From positions 1 to 36,238 of the forward strand of contig JNET01026143.1 of the NCBI GenBank assembly GCA_000697455.1: a DNA stretch of 36,238 nt. Direction: 5' to 3'. The DNA comes from Basidiobolus heterosporus B8920 (lineage: Eukaryota). The notes below the pieces were generated by a model. The model did no database searches. It was not told the DNA's origin and saw only the letters and a list, made by a program, of their open reading frames with translations. Below are positions 10,626 through 22,605 of this stretch, piece by piece (position 1 is the stretch's first letter; the number at the start of each line of letters is the position of its first letter). A program made the position numbers and the translations under genes.

Positions 10626-13600
10626 ATGAACACTTCAAATGAGGAGGTAATATCACAACTACGGCCCACCGAAATATGCACGATAATATCCTTTCAAAGA
10701 CACCATAAATAGCTTAACAAAGTTCACCTTTATCTTTAACTCTGCATTACTCAACAGAAGTGACGTACAAGACAACTACCGGCAAGAAAGGCCCTGGTGT
10801 AATAGCGGTTGTTGTCAATGGCCTAACGGATAGGTCGATGGAAGCCTGGTAGAAATTCAACCAAACTTTAAGAAGAGGTTTTTCGAACTAAACACAGTTT
10901 GGTTTACCTTCATATAGCGTAATATTGTTTAAGAAGTCGAAAGGCATCATCACCATCGCTGGTACCTACCCTATCTATGAAGATTTTGAAATGTCAATAA
11001 GTAGGTCTTTACTGGGGTAAGTGTGCCATTCACCTGATATTCAACTTTCTTGTTTCTAGAAAAGACAGTACATAACCAAAGCGACGAGGAAAGCAATCGC
11101 ACTTCTGGTGAACCTGGTATGTGGTTAGAGATCTACAGCTGGAGAAGCACATACAAACAAACCTTTCTTCTGACCGTACAGGTCATTTGGTGAATATAAA
11201 GAGTAAATCGAAGCAGTTGATGTTTACTGTCAAGAATAATAAGGCTATCCAGACCATTCAGTACGAGGTTAGCAAATATATAGAAAGTGCAAGTAAGTGA
11301 AATTGTTGGATTTGTTGGATTTTGTAGTCGATTAATGGAGTCCAACACTCATTAACAGAGAGAAACAACTGGCACTCCAGTGGAAACTCACATCAATGGG
11401 TCAAACTTTACAAGATTCATGAGTTGGATGAAAGGATGGCTCACGAAAACAGTATGTAGCTTCATTATTTCGAAGTGTAAGACCTCCGAGCTCACATATT
11501 TATACTCTGTGATTTACAGGGAGAAACTCCTTGGCAGGTAAACAGTGTAAAAGTCAGGATTGCATTCCACCGCATACTTATAAATACCAACAAAGGGTTG
11601 AAGTTGAGCGAAAACAATCCGTTTGCGGCAATACCCCAGCTAACCTCTGACACTGAGTCCAAGAAAGCCGACCAGAAGTCGAATTCGGATCAAATCAAAG
11701 AAGATTATATCATGAAAAAGATGCAAGAGAGAGAAGGCGAATTTACTCTTGAAGACGACATCAAGTATTCATTTACTTCGATTCGAAACAGCGATGAAGT
11801 TGACTAACTTTCCCTCTGTTTCGGACAGATTATTTGTTGGTACTTGGAACGTGAATGGGAGACCTTCAAGAGAGACATTGATTCCCTGGTTTAAATCATC
11901 GAAACAGATAGTGAACGCAGACATCATTGTAGTTGGGTTTGTGCCTTGAATAAGTGAAGCAACGCTTTCTTCGATACTGATTTTTGTTTAGATTCCAAGA
12001 ACTAGACTTGAGCCCAGAAGCATATCTACTTAATGATGGGACTAAAGAAGAAGAATGGACTGGCAGCGTTGAAAAGGTTCTAGCCCTGATGGAGGACCCC
12101 TATGTTAAGGTAGGCTGCTGGCCCATCAATAAACAGTATGATTCAAGCTTATTTCCTATAATTTATAGCTGAAGTCCAAGCAACTGGTTGGGATGCTGCT
12201 GATGATTTACGTAAAGCAAAAGCACATTAAAGATATCGAATATGTAGCGAGTGACTCGGCTGGATGTGGGATTATGGGGATGATGGTGAGCTAGCGGTGA
12301 AATGAACACTTCATACAATTCGTGAGTTTCTTACTTCTTCATCCTAAAGGGAAACAAAGGCGGGGTCGCCATTCGAATGAAATTCCGCGACACATACTTA
12401 TGCTTCGTGAACTGCCATCTGGCTGCGTCCGTCAATGAAGTATCCAGAAGGAACCAAGACTACCAAGAGTTATGTCGTCGTTTGGTCTTCCCTTCGCATG
12501 TTGGCGCATCTCGTTACTTTGCCACTGCACCTGGTGTTGCAAGCACGGTTGGTTTGAGTAACTCTAGCGACAACGTGCCCTCCAGAGGACTCACTGTATT
12601 TAACAATGAGTAGGTCTCCCTTGACATAAATCAACCAACGTTCATAATATTGATAAATTGCTCGATTTCAGTAATCTGTTCTGGTTGGGTGACCTGAACT
12701 ACCGGATCGCTCTCCCTGAAGACAAAGTATTTGCCATACTCAAAGAAAACCGACTGGACGAGCTAATTAAACACGACCAGGTAACTTTTTCGCATTCTAT
12801 TTCAAACCAACCAACCCATTAGCTAACTGTAACGCATCTCCTAGCTGAACGCCCAAAAGAGCTTGGGCTTGGCTTTCAAGGAATTTGAAGAGGGAGAATT
12901 GCGATTCTTACCTACTTACAAATATGAGATTGGGAGTGAAACACTAACACCCAAGTATATCGAATCCTTCTTATACCATCTTGTTATAAGAACTCTAACG
13001 TTAGTTGTATAGTGAAAAAAGAAGGATTCCGTCATGGTGTGACCGAATCCTGTGGTGTTCAAACAAAGCGGAGAATGTAGAACAACTCTTTTACCAGAGC
13101 CAGAATTCCATGGTATCCAGTGATCATAAACCTGTGAGCGCACTTTTCAATGTCAAAGTAAGTTCACATTCCCTCCATTGAATAGGTACTTGACTCAAAA
13201 CTTTCTTGAATACCAGGTGAAGACGTTGCTTACGATGAAATATGAGGCAGTCAGAGCGGAGATTTCTCGTGAATTGGATAAGTTTGAAAACGAAATGATT
13301 GCAGTGATCTCAGTAACACCTCTTTTGCTGGATTTCGGTGAAGTGAAGTACAAGTGCTCTGAGTCTAGAACTATCACTGTTGAGAACGCCAGCCCGGTAG
13401 GTTCCTGTGTTGGCTAACCGCACGTGGACTACCTTTCCCTAACCCTTTTCAATGTAGACTCTTGCAGAGTTAGAATTCCAGATCAGTGGTGACGCGAAAA
13501 AGGGATCCAAACCATGGCTTTGGGTAAATCCACCCAAAGATATTCTTCTACCAGGTATTTCAATCCACTTTAAACTCTGCCCAAGGTAGTTTGATTACTG

Positions 13601-14627
13601 ACATGTGATCCTGGGTAAACTTAGGTGAAAGCAAGAAATACAATATTACGATGCTGGTGGATGAGACTTCAGCATCTGCCCTAAACATGGGGCAGGAAGA
13701 GTTAAGAGATATCATCAAAATCACTTTACAGAATGAAAAAGCGTATTTCGTTGAGGTCTACGGGGAATATAAACCCACTTGTTTTGGTACTTCCCTTGGA
13801 TATCTGTCGAAGCTTACTGGGCCAATAAGGCAAGCAAACCCGAAGGAAATCCAGGCACTTCCCGCTCATTTTGAACGTAGTATTCCATGGGAGATCTGGA
13901 GAATGTGTGATTTTCTCACCAGGAATGGGATCAAGACGGTAAATATTGACCTCCGAAAGAGATAAACAACAGTGGTATTGATTTATTCTGTACTATGTTC
14001 TATAGAAAAAGCTTTTCTTGGAGAGAGGAGATGATACCCTTGTGGCCTATATCAGAGAATGTTTGGATACTGGCGAGAAGTTTGATGACAACGTGTTGTT
14101 AGAGGACCCACCTGGCTATGATACATTGACGGAAAACACGTCACCAAATAGCGCGTCAAGTGCTAGAAGCAACAAGGGGAGTACTGGTATCTATTCGATG
14201 GCCGAGGCCTTGCTGAGCTTTCTGAGGGCTCTGCCGGAGCCGGTGATCACCTTTGAATTATACGACAAATGCTTAGCAGTAGTTGCCAAGGGGAAGAAGG
14301 CAGTCACGGATGTAAGTCCAGTCATTTATATGGTAGTGATAATAGTCAGTTGAGCTTTTATTTGACATTTAGATCTTGGAAGAGTTACCGAGAGTCCATT
14401 TGAATGTGTTTATTTATTTAACTCAATTTCTGAAAATGCTTATACAAAATGGCCCGGTAAATGATCCCGATCTTAAGGATAAATTGGCCATATTCTCGAC
14501 AGTTTTGATGAGAACTCGACATTATGAACCTAGTCAATTTAATTATATAGAGGAAAGAAAGAAAGCTGCTTTACTCACCATCTACCTAGCAGAGGATGAA
14601 GAATTTGATGAATCTCACAATAAATAA
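10626..14627 (+). CDS. OCRL: OCRL/INPP5B-type inositol polyphosphate 5-phosphatase (N-terminal region, 5-phosphatase, ASH, RhoGAP-like), about 20 exons including an 18-nt micro-exon at 11520-11537
   Basis: FVGTWNVNG, VVGFQE, GNKGGVAIR, FVNCHLAA, FWLGDLNYR, PTYKY, PSWCDRILW, SDHKPV. ASH region LDFGEVKY and KPTCFG. RhoGAP-like SMAEALLSFLRALPEPVI. I traced the frame through all exons. Confidence 0.92.
10686..10750 (+). other. U12-type (minor spliceosome) AT-AC intron, 65 nt, intron 1 of OCRL
   Basis: 5' site ATATCCTTT, branch site TCTTTAAC (10733-10740), terminal AC at 10749-10750. Removal joins codon 20 (ATA) in frame to TCA ACA GAA GTG. Confidence 0.85.
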
Positions 14628-14761
14628 GCAATGAGACAACCAACGTGCAATCAATCACAAACCATGAATTTACAAAAAAAATAGGGTTCAAAAATAGATA
14701 CCTAAAGAATTTACCCCATTCATCTGGAACCCCACATATATCCATGAATAAAAAGAAATCA

Positions 14762-14800
14762 GTGATGCGTGTGATGTATGGGTGATGTATGGGTGATACG
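14762..14800 (+). repeat. Short tandem GTGATGTATGG-type repeat upstream of NDUFB3
   Basis: gtgatgcgt gtgatgtatgg gtgatgtatgg gtgatacg read directly. Confidence 0.7.
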
Positions 14801-14876
14801 AACAAATAGTGCTTGACTCTAGGATTTGTGAGTTTACCGTTCGCTTTTACCCCTTCTTACTTTGAACTACCTGAAT

Positions 14877-15059
14877 ATGGCCCCCGGACCACTCCCCAAC
14901 GACCCTTGGGCACGCCGCGAAGCTTGGCGTTATAACGCATTTTTCTCTCGTGCCAGTAACATTCGACACATGTTTCCTGGTTTAGGTATCGCCACCGTCG
15001 CCTTTACCCTCTACTGTGGTGCAGAATACTTGTTGACTAAAGACACGGAAAAACACTGA
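14877..15059 (+). CDS. NDUFB3: NADH:ubiquinone oxidoreductase B12 subunit (complex I), 60 aa
   Basis: DPWARREAWRY...MFPGLGIATVAF...YCGAEY is the B12-family signature. ATG at 14877. Confidence 0.92.
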   Translation: MAPGPLPNDPWARREAWRYNAFFSRASNIRHMFPGLGIATVAFTLYCGAEYLLTKDTEKH

Positions 15060-15433
15060 GTGGGGTTTTCACTTCATACTCTTTGGCTCTTCTCGACCTA
15101 CCGTTCTCTTCATAGTCGCTTACCTTCGCATGCATTTATTGGGGGAAGCTTTTCTTTCTTCTACCTTCTCGCACAACTTAATAAACGGTCTCGAAATGTG
15201 GTCGCTTCCAAGAAAGGTTTATTTGGTTGTTGGGAATGACTTAAGGAATTATTTGAAAGATAACATTATCACAATATACATGCATACGGTATAGGTGTTC
15301 CCGAAATTCTATAACGACGAACAAGTCAAGTCGAGAGGTTGAGTAGAGAATAAGGTTAGAGATGGAGAAAGGTGAATGAATGGGTTAGGGAGGGGGAAGG
15401 AGAGGGGATGGGATGGGATGGATCGAAACGAAA

Positions 15434-17181
15434 TTAATCCAAATGTAGAGTAGCCAAGCTTTTAGCTCTTTGACTGAGCACTTTCTGGCGAAGTGATTGT
15501 TGCTCTTTGTGAATCGATTTACTCATCTTTTTCTCGGAACGACGGCTCTTTCTTTCCTCTTTGATTGCTGCCTTTCTAGCCTTTTTCTCCTCTGGTGTTT
15601 CTTTCTTGGATCGAGGAACTCCCTTGTTGATCTTTTCTTTCTCATCTTCTTCCTCTTGCTCCTCCTCCTCCTTCTCCTGAGTTTGCTTAGGTGCTTCTAC
15701 GATAGGGAATCCATTCTTATCGAATCTGATCTTACGGTTTGGCTTCTCCCGGATCAAGGAAGGATGGTTCTCAAGGTTAGAGTAAGTACTCAAGATCGAT
15801 TCACAGTCCCACATTTCCCTCTCTCTTTCCTCTCGAGAGGGTAAAGGTGAGATATCCTGATCCACCTTTGTGGAGATAGCACTATGTTGACTTCTCTCCT
15901 CCAACGAAACATCCAAGAAAGCCTTTCTCATAGCTTCCAATTTCTCCTCTGAATCCCCCTCCAATTTAGGGACCATCTTTTTTCCTACCAACTCGTACTT
16001 TTCCAAGAACTCATCCAAAATCTCTTCTAAATCCTCTCGTTCCGGTTTCTCTGATTCCGATTCCGATTCGCTCTCTTCCTCTGACTCAACCTCATATTCT
16101 TTCTCAATCTTGTCGAATTGTTCATCTAACAGAGTAAGTTTATCATTACGGAACATGACAGAGGAAGACATGGTGAATGCGGAGCCGATCGTTCTTCTAT
16201 CATCTTCGAATTCATCATCAGAATCATAACTGGCTCCTTTGTATCTAAACATAAGGATTAGGATAAGAAAGTGCTCGACAGTAAGATAAATTGAGAGTTA
16301 CCTTCTAATGTTGGCCCAACCAGTGGTATCTTCCTCATCCGAATAATCTTCGTCATATTCTGAGGGGATTTCTCCCTCTGCGTCCAAACTTTTAATGAAG
16401 TCTTCATCGATCGCACCATCCTCCACGTATTCATCATCCTCTAGCGCTTCCAAGACTGCTCTGAGTTCTGGGTCCATGTCTGGTTGGAGACCTTGAAGAT
16501 CTTCCGGTAACGCAGACTGATTCATTACACCAGTGGATAACTCATATTCAGAGGGAAGTACGTCTTGTGGTAAATCAAACGACACCTTCTTTTCTCTTCT
16601 AGAAGAAATAGAGGCCTATACTGGATGAATAAACTAACCAAACCCACCGAGATAAACGAGAAACTTACCACATCGTCGTCTACAAATTGAATCCCCGTAT
16701 GTTTGGTTTTCTCTTGTTTTTTGGGTGCAGCTAAGAATACGGCGTCAGGGTTTTCTCCAATGGGACGTAAATGCTGGGTATAGTCGTATTTGGAATCATC
16801 AAAGTAAACACCATACAACGCAGCTTGTCCAACACGTCTAACCAGTGAAATGGGTTCAAGTGATTAGTGAGAAGTCAACAGCGAAAGTTATCGAGATATT
16901 TACTTTTCAAGGTCTTCTTGACTCTCCTCTTGAGCGACAAGACGTCTTTCTTCTTTATTTTCTTTCTGGTTTCGAAGAGGGTTAAGTTCATTAGCACACA
17001 CGGTTTTATCTGGCTAAGTTTTCGAACTTGTGTATCTAACCTTTGCTACATTCAAGGGTACGACTTCCCTCAATACTCTGGTGGAGGCTTCACCGTCACC
17101 AGCAAGTGGATCGCGTTGGGAACGATGAACCACTTCAAAGTGACGAGCAGTTTTCCGATCGATAAATTGTTTCTTTCCCAT
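15434..17181 (-). CDS. LTV1: LTV1 40S ribosome biogenesis factor, 5 exons
   Basis: MGKKQFIDRKTARHFEVVHRSQRDPL, GQAALYGVYFDDSKYDYTQHLRPIG, GLQPDMDPELRAVLEALEDDEY, MSSSVMFRN, WDCESILSTYSNLENHP and a basic C-terminus. Confidence 0.92.
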
Positions 17182-17373
17182 ATTCTCTTGGTTTTACTTT
17201 TACCTTTACCTTCACCTCAAGGTTGACTTAACTTTTCCTTCTACCCAAGTTGGAAGTGAAAATGGTATAAAATCTAGGAAATGGAGGGAATTTTTTTTCT
17301 TTTTCCTTTTCTCAGAAAAGTAAGTTGATGTAATTAAATAGGATTTATTGGATTAATCTGCGGGTTGATTGGA

Positions 17374-18768
17374 TTAATCTACGTAAATCTTCGAGTCTAT
17401 GTGTGGGAATTCTTGATAGAAAGCGGAGAACAATTGAATGGAATGCTTCACATCCTCGGTACCACACATCTCACGGATACTGTGCATACTCAATTGTGGT
17501 GCACCAACATCAATCGTGCGCATGCCCAACTTGGCACTCAAGATAGGGCCAATGGTGGAGCCGCAGCCCATATCATTACGGACCACGAATTCTTGAAGTG
17601 GAATGGAATGGGATTTGGCCAATGCCTTGATCGCCAAGGAGGTGGCAGATGTGGTGGCGTACCTTTGATTCGCGTTCACTTTAATGACCAGTCCTTTGTG
17701 CATGGCGGGTCGATGGTTTTCCTCATGTTTTTCCGGGTAGTTGGGATGGACAGCGTGAGCCATGTCGGCACTGATCAAGAAGCTTTTGTGAATGGATTCC
17801 TCGAAGCCAGTGCTATTCTCACCACATTGTAGTCTACGCAAGGTAGCTTCCAAGAGATGTGAGTTGGCACCATAGGCTGATTGGGAGCCGATCTCTTCAT
17901 GATCAAAGAGGGTCACCATACGAATGCTAGGGTCCTCCTTCAAGGATTCTGGATCTTCCAAAGATTTGATCAGCGCATGGATGGAGCAATGAGACATCAT
18001 GAGGTTATCGAGGCGTGGTGAGAAGATAAACTCGTTTAATGCACCACCAATGGCGGATGGTTGAGTATCGTAAAGACACAACTCAAAGTCTTGAATCTTC
18101 TCTCCAGGCACTCCCAGTTCCTGAGCCAATAACTCGACCAATACCGAATGATGCTTCTCTTCCGAGTTAGCATCTTGATTTTCTGGTGCTTTGTCGTTCA
18201 AGGCCTTAACTGAGGTGGCGAGTACCGGGGTTAAATGGGTTTCCTTGTTCAAAGTGAAATTGTCTCCGGAAGTACGATCCAAGTGAATAGCCAAGTTAGG
18301 TACACGAAGAATAGGTCTTGTGATTCGAACAAGTCTACTGTGATAACTACCGTCATCACTCTCTACCATAACTCTTCCAGCAACACTCAAGTCTCTATCA
18401 AACCAAGTATGCCACAAACCACCACCATAAGTTTGAACTCCCACTTGGAGGTATCCAACCTTTTCCTTCTTAGAGATTGGCTTCATCTTTAGGCAAGGAC
18501 TGTCGGTATGGGCACCCACGATAGAAACACCGTTACCTTGAACAAACTTACCACCTACAGCGAAAGCGATAAGGGAGGACTTATTGCGAGTGAAAAAATA
18601 TTTTCCATTAGGTTTGATCAAACCAGACCAACTGTCTTTTTCCTTGATCTCCACAAAACCCGCGTTCTCCAACCTTCTTCTGGTCTCCTCTACTGCGTGG
18701 AAGGGACTGGGACTATTGTTCACGAAGTCAAGGAAATCTTCGGCGTAGGCAAGACTATCTTTCGACAT
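17374..18768 (-). CDS. APE4: Aspartyl aminopeptidase (peptidase M18), intronless, 464 aa from ATG 18768
   Basis: SPSPFHAV, GAHTDSPCL, YGGGLWHTWFDRDLS, RLDNL, FDHEEIGS, SADMAHAVHPNY, CGSTIGP, LSMHSIRE. Confidence 0.95.
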   Translation of the reverse strand: MSKDSLAYAEDFLDFVNNSPSPFHAVEETRRRLENAGFVEIKEKDSWSGLIKPNGKYFFTRNKSSLIAFAVGGKFVQGNGVSIVGAHTDSPCLKMKPISKKEKVGYLQVGVQTYGGGLWHTWFDRDLSVAGRVMVESDDGSYHSRLVRITRPILRVPNLAIHLDRTSGDNFTLNKETHLTPVLATSVKALNDKAPENQDANSEEKHHSVLVELLAQELGVPGEKIQDFELCLYDTQPSAIGGALNEFIFSPRLDNLMMSHCSIHALIKSLEDPESLKEDPSIRMVTLFDHEEIGSQSAYGANSHLLEATLRRLQCGENSTGFEESIHKSFLISADMAHAVHPNYPEKHEENHRPAMHKGLVIKVNANQRYATTSATSLAIKALAKSHSIPLQEFVVRNDMGCGSTIGPILSAKLGMRTIDVGAPQLSMHSIREMCGTEDVKHSIQLFSAFYQEFPHIDSKIYVD

Positions 18769-19006
18769 GTTTAAAGGAAGTGAAAGAATAACCGGGAAAG
18801 AGGAGTGTATCCAAGAAATTTCCACCGATTTCGAATTTTCTCATTGATTCTCGGTATTGGGATAAGTGAATATCTTAAGATTTCGTGGGATACAATGGAT
18901 CTAGATAGGTGTATCCAGATAAGCAGATTTATTTATATTTACAAAAATCCTGCTACAGCAAAGCTCAGTAAGAAGCAAAATTCTAAAATGATAAATAGCG
19001 AAAAAT

Positions 19007-22000
19007 CTAAGGGGACACCGGGGATTGAGGTGACCCGGCTGATGGTAATAATGCCAACCTCTCTAATGTAAACTCTTCAATACAATCATGAATATGATCA
19101 TTGTAAATGGTCACTGCATCTCCGAAATGTGAATACAAGTGCTCCTTTACGTCTCTTCTGGTGATGGTGTTGAGGTTGGAATCCTTCAGGAAGTAGTAGA
19201 TTTCTTCACGTAATAAACGCAGCACCAAGGTCTCCTTCGAGCTTCGGTCATTCCCTGGTTGGGATTCAGTCTCATTCGTGACGATATCTAGATGCCTCGA
19301 AAAATAGGATAATGTTTGCGAAGATCTAGTGTAGTCCGTGCTGTATTCTGACTGTAGCATCGAACTACAAGTGGCTTGTGAGAGATAACTAGCGGAATTT
19401 GGCGAGCAACTCAGTGAGAGAGGCAGGTCATTGTCAAGGCTTTTGTTGGATAATGGCCTACTTTCCCATGGTAGACTGATCAAGATCTCTTCGGCCTTTT
19501 GATCCACTTGTCGTGACAAATTACTCATATCGTCTGGTTGAATTTGAATGTCGATTTGAATGCCGGTATCTTCCACTGACACCAGTTGCTGAAGTGGGTG
19601 AGTGTGACCCATACCTTGTGCTGCTGTGCTCTCTAGTTCATTGTACTCAGCAATAGTTAGCAGTGAGATCTGCATGCTGACTTTGTATTGGCTGTTAGTG
19701 TCATCCAAGATGCCATGCCTGCGACGCATTGACTTGGCACTGGTTGGAATGGCGTCAACCCATGTACAATCATCGCTATGCCACAGAGAGTACAGTGGAA
19801 TAACAAGGCAGTAGAATGGGAGAGAAAAGAGAAGCGAGAAGATCAACCAGAAGATGGAGGTGAATAATCCACGCACCGCCAGGATCATGACATTGAAACC
19901 GAACATACAAATTAATGTAGTACTGACAATCAGATACGATGCCTCATCAGTGGCAACACTTCGAACAATCACATAATATAAATAGAGAAGAAACACCGGT
20001 GTGATTAGGTGACCTAGCAATTTCATTCCAATGACAATCCGATGTATCAGCCCTAAGAATCCATTTCCATGCATGCTGGCCAATTCAAAGTAACTGTGAA
20101 ATGCTGCATTGGTGATCCGCCCTTGTTGTCCCAGAAAGACCGAAAGCCTTGGACAGAGTTTGGTGTAAAAAATGGCTTCACTTTCAAAGCCTAACCTCAA
20201 TTGAGGAAAGGCTTTGAGTAGGACGAGAGAGAGAAACGAATCCTCACCTAGGAGCAGTGTGTTCTGCATGTGTAAAGTGTTTGGTCTAGGCGTACTGAAT
20301 CCAATGATGGCCGTCGTATCCACCACACAAGGCTTATTATCAGGAAATTTGATTCGGTACATAGTGCATGGGCCGTGCAGAAAGGTCCCACCATTGACCA
20401 TGGACTCAAAAGCAGGTTTGAAATGATGGGCCACAAAGAAGGGATACACTTGGAGCATGGTGGCAAAAGTATCAGCAGGATTGGCTGGTTGGGCATGGCC
20501 AGAGACAGCCATTAGCTTTGGCTCATTCTCCATTCTAGCGACCAATCTAGCCACAGCATCTCCAGTAACATGCGTATCAGCATCGAGAACCAATGCGTAC
20601 TGGAATGATCGTGGGTCCATTCCAACAACGCCATCTATATGATGAAATAGTTCATATTCCAGAGGAGTTAACTTGTTCTCAGGATCCAAAAGTCCCTCCA
20701 GAAAGTTCCAGATTACTAGGATTGAATCCCGCTTTCCACGGTTGCCTGAATTACGGGTTTCCATGGGATTGCCACATTTGACCACCACTACATATCCTAT
20801 ACGATGCGTTCCACACTCATAGAAACCCGAGTAAACCTTGGCCAGATTGATATTCTTGTTTCCCTCCCCCAAGGAAATGTAAGCCTTCAGCTCTGGCTCA
20901 GGACCACTAAAACCCAGTATGTCCAACACAAGTTGATGAGTGCATACTGTGCTCCCAGGTGGAGTAAAGATCCCATCACAGATAATCACCAGTAACTTGT
21001 TACTGTCGTGGAAGTCTGATCTGGCTACGCTGTCAAAACTCAGTTTCAAGGTCTGTTGATCCTCTCCGTAACAAGGGATTAGGACGATGCAGTTGGACGA
21101 TGGCAAAATTTTCCTTTTGTGTGGAAACTGTAATAAAGATGTGACAGTGTATGTGATGATAATCATGAAAGGGAGTCCAAGTGTTAACCAAAGGATGGGA
21201 TTAAATGTGTTACATCGGGGTAAGATCACTTCTCTTACCGAGCCTTTGTAAAATAGCTTATCCATGCAACGTAAATACGTCTCACCATTCTCTAACTGAC
21301 TAAACGAGCTGGTTGCATCCTCACCCACATGACTGATAATCAGCTCGGTTACCTCGCGTGGGAACAGTAGTGAGTCAGGGTCAATCCTCCTGGGGCTCGA
21401 GGTCGGCTTGGTTAGATAGGAGTATTTGATGAGATCGGAAACGTCATAGAGGTGATCGTTCACGATCATGTGACCAAGACTAGAGCCATCAAGTATGGCA
21501 TAATCAAAGACAAGATCTGTAATTCAGATGCAACAAGAAGATGTAACATTAATGATAGGCAATTATAGTCACAAAACGAACTTGACTCTACCTCCAACCG
21601 TTGCCTTGGCTACCTCGTAGCGCACTGAGATATTGTAGAAACAGTGAGTGGATGATTTGGCCGGCGATTTGGTTGATGATTTGTCGTGATCTGCCGGAGC
21701 GGGGCACTCGATTAGTTTCTGGTTGGAAACGTGGTATCCAGGATCATTGAAGATCCTCTTCTCTAGCCAATTGTCTGCTTTGGTGAGATTATGAATGCAC
21801 CGATTAATATCTGGATCCGGATATTCGGTGGCACCTTTCGTGCGAGCAAGCAGGGTGAAGGAGGGAAACATAGGGGACACGTCCTTACCCATGTATCGTC
21901 TCACCACCTCGCCTACATTAGATGTGGAGTGGGACAGATCAGCCACCTTCCCGTTAATTGCTACATATTTGGATCCCCTCAGTTCTTCAGGCAAGTACAA

Positions 22001-22605
22001 GCTGTAAGGAGTGCAATAAGAATAGGGAACTAGCTCCACCCACACAAGGAATAGAAATGACAAGACAAGGAAGAAAAGAATCAGTGTGGCTTTTTCACGT
22101 AGAAATTGCCTAGATTCTGTGTAAAGACAAGGGTTTAGTTAGACGACTAGGGATTACTGAGTCTGTGGTAAAATCTTGTCTTACCCGAACTCTTTTTTCC
22201 TAGAAATTTCAGCAGCAGATCAGGGATAAGAAAGGTGGAAGCCCTTGAGGTGAATAACCAACATTTTCGAGCTTTCGAAGGTTTCGGGAGCCTTTTCCCT
22301 TCAGAGAATCCCTGTGACGATTCCATGGAACTTTTGGAGTCCTTTCGAAAAGACCCCGCCTCCGATGGGGATACAAAGAAATGGGAATCCAGGCAAGATT
22401 CCTCCCATGGATTATGGCTGTGGTTATGGTTATTGGTGTGGGTGTGGGTGTGGATGTATTCAGCATCTATATGAAAGGAATGGAAAGAAGTCAGACTCTG
22501 ATCAGATATTCCAGTCAAAATGATGGACGTACCCTTTGAGCCCTCATTGGTGCGGAAATGCCGGTATGACGAGGGTTTAGAATATTTTTTACTTAATGAT
22601 GGCAT
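19007..22605 (-). CDS. Chitin-synthase-like protein (class V/VII-like: b5-like segments, Chitin_synth_2, C-terminal DEK_C, no myosin motor) with degenerate motifs, 1151 aa, 3 exons (22605-22185, 22116-21592, 21516-19007)
   Basis: SRQFLREK, IPCYGED, LVIICDG, AKVYSGFY, GNRGKRDS, LDADT, LGEDSFL, TM cluster, DEK_C-like DSNLNTITRRDVKEHL. Exon lengths sum to 3456 nt, in frame. Confidence 0.88.

Noticed and set aside
15497..18774. Plus-strand ORFs over LTV1 and APE4 (e.g. 15497-15844, 17365-17832)
   Set aside because: Antisense shadows; the Leu/Phe runs mirror the Glu/Lys codons of LTV1.
18769..18825. 19-aa N-terminal extension of APE4 in the ORF track
   Set aside because: It begins at GTG. M18 family similarity starts at ATG 18768.
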